Shown here: positions 51,212 through 63,800 of the stretch, one piece after another
How the letters are laid out: every line of letters begins with the position of its first letter
Position numbering within the stretch: position 1 is the first letter of the stretch
Assembly (NCBI GenBank): GCA_963823665.1
Contig: CAWGMQ010000004.1
Span: forward strand, 1,248,001 to 1,312,000
From: an uncultured Planctomycetota bacterium
GTDB lineage: Bacteria > Planctomycetota > Planctomycetia > Isosphaerales > Isosphaeraceae
Direction: 5' to 3'
DNA length: 64,000 nucleotides
Notes under the pieces: model-generated
Told to the model about the DNA's origin: nothing
The model's database searches: none
Seen by the model: only the letters and a program-made list of their open reading frames with translations
Translations under genes and position numbers: made by a program

Positions 51212-54140
51212 CCTGTCTTACCGCGGAAGCGCTGGAACAGTTTCTGAGCGGTCATTCTCCGGACGCGGCGGCGGTCGAGGCCCACGTTTCCGTGTGCTCG
51301 GATTGCCGGTTGGCGCTCGATCAACTGTCCGATAAACCGGAGCTCAAACGCTGGCTGGAACGCGCTGTGGCGCTTCCCACCGAGGTGGCGGAAGACTCGG
51401 TGCTCAAGCAGATCCTGACCCAGCTCGGGTCGGCAGATGGCGATCTTCCGTTGCATGACAAGATACGCAAGCGGGAGAATCACTGGCACTCCGGCCGCGT
51501 GCTGGGCCAGTATCGCGTGCTGGAGGAAATCGGCCGCGGCGGGATGGGGGTGGTCCTGCGCGCGCATGACGAGCTGCTGGGCCGGATGGTGGCGCTCAAG
51601 GTCTTGCGCTGGCAGGAGAGCGATCCCAAGGCGCGTGCGAGACTGGTTCGCGAAGCCCAAGCGGTGGCGAAGCTGCGGCATGACAATGTTGTCACGTTGC
51701 ATGCCGTGGTCAATCCGCCGAATGACGCGCCTTATCTTGTGATGGAGCACGTCGAGGGGGGCACGCTGGCCGCCCTGATCAAATCGGAAGGACGGCTCGA
51801 TCCCAAACGGGCCGCGGCAATTGTGGCGGAGGTCGCCGATGGCCTGGAAACAGCACACGCCGCGGAGCTGATCCATCGCGATATCAAACCGAGCAACATT
51901 CTCGTCGACGCCGATTCGGGGCGTGCCAAGATCACGGACTTCGGTCTTGCCCGCTCGACAGAGCACAGCGGCTTGACCCAGGAAAGCACCGTAGCCGGCA
52001 CCCCCACGCACATGAGCCCGGAGCAGGCGCGAGGGAGCGAGGACCTCGATCGCCGGTGCGACATTTACAGCCTGGGCGTCACTCTTTACGAGGCGCTCAC
52101 GGGAACGGTGCCGTTTCACGGCGCGCCGCACATGGTGTTTCAGCAGGTGCTCGCCGAGGAGCCTCTCGCGCCGCGCCGGCTTAACGACAAGGTGCCGCGC
52201 GATCTGGAAACGGTCTGCCTCAAGGCGATGGCCAAGGAACCGGGGCGGCGATACCAGAGCGCGAGCGAGCTCGCTGAAGACCTGCGGCGCTTCAGGCGTG
52301 GCGAGCCGATCCACGCCCGGCCGGTGGGGCGCTTCGAGCGAAGTTTGAGCTGGTGCCGGCGCCGGCCCTTGGTTGCGGGACTGGTGCTTGCCTTGATGGT
52401 CGTCGTGATTGGAGGTGTGGCGGGGATATCCTGGAACTGGGCCGAGGCGGTGCGGCAGCGGCGGCGGACAGAGCTGGAGCGCGACCGCGCCCGGCGCAAT
52501 TTCCAGCAGGCACGCGAAGCGGTTGATACCTACTTGACGCAGGTGAGCGAGAACAGCGAGCTCAAAGAGCAGAACCTCGAGCCGCTGCGCCGGGAGCTGC
52601 TGCGAACCGCGCGAGACTTCTACGAGCGGTTCGTGCAGCAAGATCCCGACGACCCCGATCTTCAGGCCGAGCTGGGCAAGGCGCACGGGCGGCTGGGGCA
52701 AATCACTGCCATCCTGGAGTCGATGCCGAAAGCGCTGGCGCATTTCGAGAAAATGCGTGAGATTTTCGGACGCTTGCACTCGCGCTATCCCGGAAACTCT
52801 GCCTACCAGCAGGAACTGGCCGAGAGCTACCTTTGGCTGGGTGATTGTCAACGAACCGGCGGCGGGACAGGGGCTCAGGCGGTGAAGGCCTTCGAGCGCA
52901 GCCGCGCGCTGCAAGAGGATCTCGTCCGCGCCCATCCCGAGGAACCCACTCATCGCCATAACCTGGCCCGATCATTGCGTAGCCTGGGCCAGTTCGCTGT
53001 TTTCATGACTCATGACTTTGCAAACGCAGAAGAAGCCTTGCTTGCCGCGCGGGATATTTACGAACGCTTACCTTCGAGCTACCTGCAACGACCCACCGTC
53101 CAGTATGACCGTGCGCGGTTACTTTCGACTCTGGCCAAGCTCTACGCGCACACGGATCGCCCCGAAGACCATCGCGCGGCAGCGGAAGCGGCGATCGCCG
53201 CCTTTGAGCCTCTGTCGCTTTCTCACGACGGCAATCCCGATGACGTCTGCTATTTCGCCGATTCGCTCAGCGAGCTGGCCGATGCCTATCGACGGTTAGG
53301 ACAGCCGGATCTAGCGGAGTCGACGCTGCAACGTGCACTCCGTTGTGCTGAGGACCTGGTGCGCTTGCATCCTGCAAATGGCTACTACCAACATCTGATG
53401 GCGGATATCGCCTACAGTCTGGCATCGGTCGAGTTTCATGAGAGCCAGGAGCCCAAGCGGGCGCGGGCTTCGCTCGAGAAGGCGCTCGATATCGAGCTGA
53501 AGCTCAGCAAGAGCTACCCCGGCGCGAATGAATACGCCTTCTATCTGAACAACCTCCTTCGCGATCTTCGGGACTGGTTTGGCGACACCGCTCGCCTGAC
53601 CACCCTTTGCGAGCATTTCACGGCTGCGATTCAAGAACATCAGGCAAAGATGCCTGCCGGGACGCGCGTCGACGAGCACGTTGCACGCTGCTATGTCCAG
53701 CGCGCGGTGATAAACCATCTGCTGGCTCGCTATGGCGAAGCTCTTGCGGACATCAGCCATGTGCAGCCGGCGAATCTGGTTTCTGTCGCTTTCGCGCGGC
53801 GCAACAAGGCGATTATGCCGCCGCCGAGTCGGCAGCGAGGACTCTGGCCCAAAGCGAGGAGGGCACCGGAGCCTATCAGGCGGCGAAGGTGGGGGCTTAT
53901 CTGGCGTTCCTGATGCGGAACGATCGCTCCGTGCCCGCCGCGCAGCGTGAAGAACTTGCTGAAAAGTACGGTTCCGAAGCGGTCCAGTGGATGCAGAAAG
54001 CCCGATCGATGGCTTATCTGTCGTCGCCTTCCACTCGCTATCTGCTGACCGACGACCGTGACCTGGACCCGCTCCGCACCAGAGGCGATTTCCAGGCTTT
54101 GCTCGCGCGTCAGATGGAGAAGCCAAGAGCCGGGAAGTGA
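51208..54140 (+). CDS. Ser/Thr kinase with N-terminal HxxxCxxC zinc motif, TM and TPR region (frameshift near 53780)
   Basis: HVSVCSDC, GRGGMG, HRDIKPSN, DFGLAR and MSPEQ; tail DRDLDPLR in ORF 53607..54140. Confidence 0.92.
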
Positions 54141-54233
54141 CGAGCGGGGCGAGCGCTCGACTCTCGCTTGAAGTCCCAGTGCGCGCACACCGGCCGTGCC
54201 GCCAAGAAGAAACGACCACTGCTCGATCTGTAG

Positions 54234-54608
54234 AAACTGGCGAGGTGCCTTTTCCGCCCGGCGCTCGAGGGCCTTGAGGAGCGTGTGGTTCTGGACGCCA
54301 TGGCCTGGAACGTGCCCACAAGCGGCAAGTTGTACACGCCGCCGGTGCTGAGATACTGCCGGCTGCGCGGGCTGCAAGACGCCGACGCCGCGGATGTAAC
54401 CCAGGAAGTGATGGCGCAGGTGGCACGCTCGATGCGATCGATTCGGTATGCACCAGTGCGCGGCCGCTTTCGCGACTGGCTGGGCACCATCACTCGCCGC
54501 AAGGTGAACCGTCTCGATGATGACCGCGATCTGGATCCATTGCGGTCCCGAAGCGACTTCCGGGCTCTGCTTACACAAGCGATCAATACGCCCGGAGCAG
54601 GGAAGTAA
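54234..54608 (+). pseudogene. In-frame chimera of an LExLExR leader, an ECF sigma fragment and a kinase C-terminus
   Basis: FRPALEGLEERVVLD, then 61 codons matching 50681-50863, then LDDDRDLDPLR...GAGK matching the end of the 54140 kinase. Confidence 0.8.
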
Positions 54609-54835
54609 GGGTTGGCTCCCGCACTCGAATCCGTCGAATCTGAGCGTTTTGGTAAACGCTCAGGAAAGGTCGATCGGCGGCGCGGCAATTTATTGTTGGA
54701 GTTGCGTCCGATCCCGATCGGGCCCCTCGCTCGGGGGCGTTGTTCGCGCTGCGCACTCGGCCGGCTGCCGCACCGCAGCCGGCTACCTGGTTATGGGCGA
54801 TTGAAAATCGCGATTTCTGCTGGGGAGTTTACACG

Positions 54836-57800
54836 ATGTCGTCATTCCGGCCTGGCCGTCGTCCCGACCCTGTGTCCCGAAACCGTCGCCGCTCGGCTGG
54901 CTTGAAAGCCGTCCGGCATAAGCCGGCCCTGGAGCGGCTCGAGAGTCGCACCCTCCTGGCCACCGACGTCTGGACCGGTGCCGTCAATGCGAGCTGGAGC
55001 AACGCGGGTAACTGGTCTCTGGGCCAGATTCCCGGCACAACCGACACGGTCGAGTTCCAGAATGGCCGGACCATGGCGACCGTGGATACCAGCTTCACGA
55101 TCGGTGCGCTCGAGATCGAAAGCTCCTGGGGGGGAACGCTCAGCGTCAACAACTCGCTGGCAATCTCAGGCAGTTTCACGATGGCCAGTGGCGTCTTGAC
55201 CGTGGATGCGCCGATGTCGATCGGCGGGCCCGCCAGCTCGTGGACAGCCGGTGGCATCGACCTTGTTGCCGGCCAAACCCTGACCAACAACGGCACCTTG
55301 ACGATCGATCCTGGCTCCGGTGGGCTCACGATTTCCGGCGGTGGCACGCTGTCGAGCGCAGCCACAATCGACCAGGGCGGCACCGGCAATCTCGCCTTGT
55401 CCGGCGGCACGACGATCAATAATGAGAGCGGAGCGACCTACGACTTCCAGGCGCAAGGCACCTTGTCCGCGTTCGGCAACGGCTCGTTCACCAACGCGGG
55501 AACGTTCAGCTACAGCGGCGACGGCACGCTCACGTTCAGCACCCCGTTCGTCAACCAAGGGGGAACCATCGATGTCGCGAGTGGCACGCTGTCGATCCAG
55601 AGCACCAACACCCACTGGACCGGCGGTGCCACTTTCGACGCCGCCGCAGGCGCCACGCTGCAACTGGCACCGGCGGCAGGCGGCGACGACGGCATCCAAT
55701 TGTCGGGTACCTACACCGGCTCGGGCGCGGGCGCCGTCGAGCTGACCACCGGTGGTCTCGAGATTGGCAGTAGCGGCGCGACCTTCGACTTCCCCCAGGG
55801 CCTGTTCCAGTGGCAGGGCGGCAGCATCAACGTCGACCTGGAGGGCACGCTCTCCAACATCGGCTTTCTCACTCTGAACAATTCCAGCGTCGTCACGCTC
55901 TCTACGGAAGCTGCCCCAGGCGACATGATCAATACGGGCGAGGTGGACCAATCCGGCGCCGGCAATTTGACGCTCTTCAGCGGGACCTTCGATAACCAGG
56001 CCGGAGGCACTTATGACTTGAGCGGCACGGGCGGCGTGACGGGCGCGGGCACGTTTGCCGATGAAGGCACCATCAAAATGACGGGAAGCGGCACGGCCAC
56101 GCTTTCCGTGTTCTCCGCCTTGAACGCCGGCACCATTGACGTAGCGAGCGGCACGCTGTCGATAGCGAGCGTCGACAGCCACTGGACCGGCGGTGGCACC
56201 CTCGACGCCGCCCTAGGCGCCACGCTTCAACTGGCACCGGCGGCAGGCGGCGACAACGGCATCCAATTGTCGGGTACCTACACCGGCTCGGGCGGGGGCG
56301 CCGTCGAGCTGACCACCGGCGCTCTCCAGATTGGCAGCAGTGGGGCAACCTTCGACTTCCCCCACGGCTTGTTCCAGTGGCGGGGCGGCAACATCACCCT
56401 CGACCTGGGGGGCACGCTGACCAACACCGGCTTCCTCACACTGAACAATTCGGGCGCCCCATCACGCTCTCTACGGAAGCTGCCCCAGGTGACATGATTA
56501 ACACGGGCGAGGTGGACCAATCCGGCGCCGGCAATCTGTCGCTTTTCAGCGGAACCTTCGACAACCAGGCCGGAGGCACTTATGACTTGAGCGGCACGGG
56601 CGGCGTGACGGGCGCGGGCACGTTTGCCGATGAAGGCACCATCAAAATGACGGGAAGCGGCACGGCCACGCTTTCCGTGTTCTCCGCCTTGAACGCCGGC
56701 ACCATTGACGTAGCGAGCGGCACGCTGTCGATAGCGAGCGTCGACAGCCACTGGACCGGCGGTGGCACCCTCGACGCCGCCCTAGGCGCCACGCTTCAAC
56801 TGGCACCGGCGGCAGGCGGCGACAACGGCATCCAATTGTCGGGTACCTACACCGGCTCGGGCGGGGGCGCCGTCGAGCTGACCACCGGCGCTCTCCAGAT
56901 TGGCAGCAGTGGGGCAACCTTCGACTTCCCCCACGGCTTGTTCCAGTGGCGGGGCGGCAGCATCAACGTCGACCTGGGGGGCACACTGACCAACACCACT
57001 ACCGGCTTCATTGGCGTTGATCCCGGCAGCGGCAACTCCGTGGCGATCATGTCGGGCGCGTTAGCCCTCGGCGGGACCATCAACGTTGAGAGCGGGACGC
57101 TGCTTCTGGAGGCCGCCTCGGTGACGGGCTCGGATGTCTCGTTCACGGTGGCCGCAGGGGCGACGGTCAATCTGAGTGGGCCGGCGTACACCGGCAGCTT
57201 TACCGGCTCAGGCGGCGGAACCGTCGGCTTCGGGACCTTGTCCGTCGGAAGCGGTGGGGCGACGTTCGACTTCCCGGCGGGCATGTTCCAGTGGGACGGT
57301 GGATTCGTCGACGGCCCGGGCTCACTCACGAACAGCGGCGCGATGACCCTCGATGGGGCTGGCGACAGCTTGGAAAGCGGAGTCGTTCTGGTCAATAGCG
57401 GGACACTGACGGTCAGCGGCGATGGCGAGACCCTCGCCGGGGGGACGGTGGACAATTCGGGTTCTCATCATCGACAACTGCACCGCCCCGTGGGTGCTGA
57501 ACGACGTTCTCGTGCTGCAAAATGAGTCCGGCGGCACCGTCGACATCAACAGCAATCAATCCATCCAGGCCGGCGGCCTCGGCGGAGGCACCATCGAGAA
57601 CGAGGAAGGTGCGACATTCCAGGTGAACAGTCCGGCCCCTTCCATATCGGCTGCATTTGATGAACAAGGAGGGACCATCGGGGTGAGCTCCGGAACAACC
57701 TTCACCCTCGCCGGCGGCGGCATCGGCACCGGCGGCATTTTCAGCGTGAGCGGGTCGTCATCCATGCTCGTTCTGGGCATTAATGGCTTGCCCCTGAACC

Positions 57801-60800
57801 TGAGCGGCACTTACACCGGCACAGGCTCAGGGACCGTCGCGATCACGGCCGACAACTCACTGATCTTCGGTAACACCGGCGCGACATTCAACTTCCCGGG
57901 CACCATGCTCCAGTGGACTGCCGGCGGCATCCAAGATATCAGCGGCGGTGACCTGACCAACCTGGGCACCATCACCTTCGCCGGCACGGCTGCCAAGTTC
58001 TTCGGCGAGGGTTCGACCTTGGAAAACAAGGGAACGATTATCCAGACGGGCACCGGCAACCTCGAACTATCCAACGACAATCCCGACTTTCCCACAACCC
58101 TGCAGAACGACGCGGGTGCGCTTTACGAGATCGAGGGCGACTCGAGCATCGTGACCAACGGAGCGAAAACCGCGATCGACAACGCCGGAACCATCGAGAA
58201 GACCGGCGGGACGGGGACATCGACAATCGCAGTCGACGAGGGATTCAGCAACACGGGCACCATTCTAGCCGACTCGGGCACGCTGGCCCTATCGGCCACG
58301 ATCGCGCAAGTCTCCGGCAGCACGCTCACCGGGGGAACCTGGAACGCCCTGGGCGGCTCGACGATCCAGTTTCCGACGGGCACCAGCTTGACGACTAACC
58401 AGGCCCGTGTGACGCTCGGCGGTGCCGGTGCCAGCATTCCCGCCCTTGCGAGCCTCGCGAGCAACTCCGGCAGCTTGACCGTGACCGGCGGGGCGACGCT
58501 CACGACCGCGGGGAATCTTTCCAACACGGGCACCGTGACGGTCGGCCCAGCCTCGACGCTGAATGTCGGCGGCACCTTCACGGAGGGCCCCACGAGCACG
58601 CTCGACCTCGACTTCGGCGGCAGCCCCGCGAGCGGGCAGTTCGGGCAACTGGCCGTCACGGGCTCGGCCGCGCTCGGGGGAACGTTGCAGTCCGAGTTCG
58701 TGAACGGCTATGCGCCGACCGTCGGCGACAGCTTCAAGATCATCAGCTTCGCGAGCGCGACCGGCAAGTTCGCGGCAACCAATTCCCCGGTTTTTCGCGG
58801 CGGCAATGTCTTCCAGTTCCAGACCAATGCCACCAATATCACGTTCACAGCCGCGACGTCGGTCGCCGAGCTCGGTGTGACCAGTGTCACTGCCAGCCCA
58901 AGCTCGGTGCAGACCGGCCAAGACCTCACCGTGAATTACTCGGTGCAAAACACCGGCAACGCAACGTCGGTCAGCTCCTGGGTCGATTCGGTGTTCCTCT
59001 CGTCGGGCCCCGCGATCAATGCGTCGGCCGTGCTTTTGGGCCAGGTGACTCACACCGGCAGTGTCGCCGCGGGCGGCACTTACTCTGGTACTCTGACAGC
59101 GGCCGTGCCCGCCGTCGCGCCCGGGAGTTACTTCATCGTCGTCGAGGTCGACAGCCAGGGCTTTGTGGCCGAGAGCAACCGGGCCGGCAACGTGCTGGCC
59201 ACGACGTCGCCCGTGCAGGTGACGGTTCCGGGCCTGGCCCTCGCCGCCGCCGGCGCCACGCCCACACCCGCCACCGGCACGCTCGCCGCAGGGCAGAGCA
59301 CCGCTTTTCAGCTCCAGGTACCGGCGGGGCAGACCGTGCAGATCTCCGCGGGCTTCAACACGGCCAGTGCCGGCGAGCTTCTGGTCGGCTACCGCGCGGT
59401 GCCGACCCAGGCCGCCAATCTGGAGCAAGCCTTCGTTCCGGGACAAAGTCAGCAGCAGGTCACGCTCTCGAACACCCAGCAGGGAACGTACTATGTCGTC
59501 CTGCTCGGAGAGCCGGGCGCAGGCTCGGGCGCGCCCTTCGTTCTCACGGCGCAAGAGCAGCCCTTCGGCATTGATTCCTTCACGCCGGGCACGGGCAGCA
59601 ACGCCGGTGCCGTCACCGTCGCCCTCACCGGTACGCTGTTCACGCGCGAGACGACCGTCAGCCTGGTGGCACCTGGCGGCACGGCCACCCCGGCGATCGG
59701 TGTCACGTTCCAGAACAGCACGACACTCGAAGCCGCCTTTAACCTGACGGGGCTTTCGGCGGGATCATACCATCTGCGGGTCCAGAACGGTGCGCAATCG
59801 TCCACCGCGACGGCGCCGTTCACGGTCACGACGGGAAACCCCGGCCAGCTCGCGCTGCATCTGTCGGTCCCAAGCGCGTTCCGGCCTGGCCGGCCGGTGA
59901 CCGTGACGGTCGAATACGAGAACACCGGCGACACGGACATCCCGGCACCGCTCCTGGAGCTCTCCGCCGACACGGGCGAGCTCGAGCTGAACGGACAAGC
60001 CAACTTCACGACCACCGGCTCAGAGAGCGGCGGTCCGAATGTCGCATTCCTGGGAACCAATCCCGACGGACTGGCCAGCGTCTTGCCGCCAGGCGCGCAG
60101 GGCCAGGCCACCTTTACCTTCGTGGCCACGGCCGCCGGCACGGCCAATTTCCAGATCGAGCAAATCGTCTCCGGCGGCATCCTCGCCTGGACCACGCTGG
60201 AAAACTCGCTGCGGCCAGCGGGAATCGCTCCGGCAACCTGGAGCGTCATCTTCAACAACTTCCTCGACGAGATCGGGGATACCACCGACCAGTACCAGCT
60301 CGTCATGCTGGAAGACGCCGACTACTTCCAGTCGATCGGCGAGCCGACCCAGGACGTGAGCCGGCTCTTGAACTTCGAGCTGGAGCAGGCCGGCGACTAT
60401 GGCGCGATCGCCGAGCGCAACGTCTCGGCGCGTTTGGCCTGGGCGTTCCCGACACGGTCACCAACGTCGCCACCACCGATCCGACCACGGGCGACGTGAC
60501 GATCCAGTTGGGCGGCGGCATCCGCCATTTCACCAAGCTTCCCGACGGTAGCTACCAGTCTCAGCCCGGCGACACCGGCACGCTGACTCTCACGGCCGGC
60601 GCGTATCAGGTCCACGAGCTGGACGGCACCTTAACGCAATTCAACTCGAGCGGCACGCTGGCCTTCATCGAGGCACCCGACGGCGAGAAGCTCACCGCCG
60701 GCTACAACGCGCAGGGCTTGCTGGCGACCCTGACCGATTCGTTCGGCAACGTCACCTCCTACTCCTACAACGCACAGAAGCTGGTCAGCCAGATCACTTC

Positions 60801-63800
60801 GCCCACCGGCCTCGTCACGTCATTCACGTATGATGCCGAGGGCCGGATGGCGAGTGTCACGACCGCAACGGGCACAACATCCTTTGGCTACATCACCGAT
60901 CCCGGCTTCGCCGACAACAACGCCCTGGAAGAAATCACGATCCCCACCGGCAGTAACGAGTATTTCGTCTATGACCCGCTCGGGCGGCTCATTGAAACAT
61001 TCGACGACGACGGCACCGACCGCGTGGGCTACCAGTACGACCTGGCACCCGGAGAAATCCAGGTCAGCAATGCGGTGGGCGACACGGCCAGCTATTTCCT
61101 CGACGATTCGGAGCAAATCGCCCGCCTGATCGACCCGCTTGGCAATGTCTACCAGACGCAGTTTGATTCCAACCATAACGCCATCGGCGTCTCGCTGCCG
61201 GAGAACCTGACGGCAACGCTCGAGCGCGACGGCCTGGGCGACCCGACCCAGGCGACCAACCCGCTGGGCGCGACCACCAGCTTCACCTTCGGCAACGATA
61301 ACGAGCCCACCAGCATCACCGACCCGAACGGCAACACCTACAGCGACACTTATGACGCCACCGGCGACCTGCTCACTGCGGCGTTCCCCGACGGCACCGC
61401 TGACACCTACACGTATAACACCAATAGCCTGCTTGCAACGGCCGCCAACCGGGCCGGCCAGACGATGAGCTACACCTACAACACCAACGGCACGCTCCAG
61501 AGCGAGACCGTGCCCGGCGTCGGCACTTATAGCTACACGTATGATTCCCACCAGAACCTGCTCACGGCCACCGACCCGACCGGAACGACCACCTACACGT
61601 ATAACTCCGCCAACCAGATCACGAGCGTCACCTACCCCGGCGGCCAGGAGCTGACTTTCATTTACAATGCACAGACCGGCCAGTGCACCAGCATGACCGA
61701 CGTCGCGAGCGACTACACAGTCAATTACAGCTACAACACGCTGGGGCAGCTCTCGCAGCTTAAAGACGGTAACGGCAATGTGCTCGTTACCTACGCCTAC
61801 AACGACGCCGGCCAGCTTGTGCAAGATACGCTCGGCAACGGCACTTCGAGCACCTACACCTACGACGCCGACGGCGATCTGCTCAATCTGACCAATCTTG
61901 CCGCTAACGGCACGACGGTCCTCTCGAGTTACAACTACACCTACAACAGCCTGGGCGATCCGCTCAGCATGACCACTGCCGCCGGAACGACGACCTACGG
62001 CTACGATGCGGGCGGCGAGCTTACCTCAGTCGACCTGCCCGGCGGCCAGACGATCACGTACGCCTACGACGCCGACGGCAACCGCACGAGCGAAACCGAC
62101 AGCACGGGCGGAACGACCTCCTACACCGCCAAAAGCGACGACGAGTACACCTCAGCCGGCGGTACGACGCTCCAGTATGACGCCAATGGCGACCTGACCT
62201 TCGACGGCACCAACCACTACACTTACAACGCGCTGGGCGAGCTGACCAGCGTGCAGACGCCGACCGACCTGTACACGTTCAGCTACGACGCGCTCGGTAA
62301 CCGCGTGGCGATGACCGACAACGGCACGGCGACGTCCCTGGTGGTCGACCCGGCGACCGGCAGCTTGGCGGCCCAGGTCACCGGCGGCCAGACGACTCAA
62401 GTTATCTTTGGGCTTTCGCTCGTGGGACAAATCTCGAGCGCGTCGAGCCTCTATTATGCCTTCGACGGCACCGGCAACACGTCGGTGGTCACAAGCGCCA
62501 GCGGCGCCGTGCTGGACACGTACAGCTACTTGCCGTTCGGCGAGTCGCTGAGCACGACGGGCACGACGGACAACCCCTTTACCTACAGCGGCGCCTATGG
62601 AGTGATCAGTGAGCCGGGTGCGTCGGCGACAAGCGCCTTCGACCTGATGACCAACCGGGCGTACGACCCGGCGCTCGGCCGCTTCACGTCTCCCGACCCG
62701 ACCGGCTTCGATGGCGGCGACATCAATCTTTACGTCTACGCCGGCAACAGCCCGGTGGCGGAGAGTGACCCGCTCGGGTTGTACGACCTCAAATCCTCGA
62801 CCGTACTCAGGCTCCAGGGCGATGCCGGTGACGCACTCGCCGAAAGCGGGGCGCTCGGTGGGACTGCGCCGGCCCTGAGCGGCGACGCGGGCGGGATCAT
62901 CGCCCAAAGCGGGCAGCTCGGTGGGACTGCGCCGGCCCTGAGCGGCGACGCGGGTGAGATCGTCGCCCAAGGCGGGCAGCTCGGTCTAGGCGGGCCGGCC
63001 CTGAGCGGCGACGCGCGCGAGATCATCGGCCAGGGCGGGATACTCGCGGGAGGCGAGCCGGCCTTCAGCGGCGACCCGGGCGAGATCATCGGCCAGAGCG
63101 GGCAGCTCGGTGGGACTAATCCGGCATTCAGTGGCGACCCGGGCGAGATCATCGGCCAGAGCGGGCAGCTCGGTGGGACTAATCCGGCATTCAGTGGCGA
63201 CGCGGGCGGTATCACGGGCGGCGTCCCCTTTATCGATGGTGGCGTGCCCGACCCGGGCTCCGGCGATGGCGGCGACGACGGCTTCAACAGCACCGGACCG
63301 GGTGACGACCCGCAACTGTCTGCGCCGCCGCCCGAGTTCCCGTGCTGCTCGCTGGCCCAGGCCGGGAGTCTGGGCGGCGGCGAGCCAGCGGTCGAGCCGG
63401 ACCGTTCGCTCGTTGATCCGCCGCCGCCTCTGGCGTCCAACCAGACGCTCCTGGCCAACGGGGTCATTGTAACCACGCTCGCCGACCCAGGCCAAACCTT
63501 GCTCTTTCCCAAAGGCGAGGTACTGACCCTGAACGCCCAGGGGGGAATCATTGAGGTTCAGGTCGGGAACGACACCATCACCTTCGGCGGCGAATTCACG
63601 AACGCGACCGTGACCGAGGACGGGTTCACGTTCGAGGCCTTTGTCGACGGCAGCTTCACGGGCCCCAACGGCTTTGAGCCCGGCGAGATCTCGAACACGC
63701 AGTCGAATCCCGACGGCACCAAGACGATTACGTATACCAACGGCACGACGGAAAACGTGATCAACGCGAGCGGGGTGGCCACGTTCGGCTATCCCGGTAC

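Noticed and set aside
54330..54512. Sigma-gene copy as a diversity-generating retroelement template/variable repeat pair
   Set aside because: Differences are mostly synonymous third-position changes, not adenine-specific, and no reverse transcriptase is in the window
2618..60440. Roughly twenty frameshifts in otherwise intact genes (ctaC, ctaD, qcrA, kinases, M56, DUF1592, giant RHS gene) as programmed frameshifting or mass pseudogenisation
   Set aside because: They are scattered across unrelated genes that keep intact catalytic motifs and almost no in-frame stops, and some fall in short homopolymers; long-read indel error is the simpler explanation (check by polishing)
62818..63207. 63-nt periodic repeats as a CRISPR array
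   Set aside because: No unique spacers, the period is a multiple of three, the repeats lie in an open coding frame and no cas genes are present
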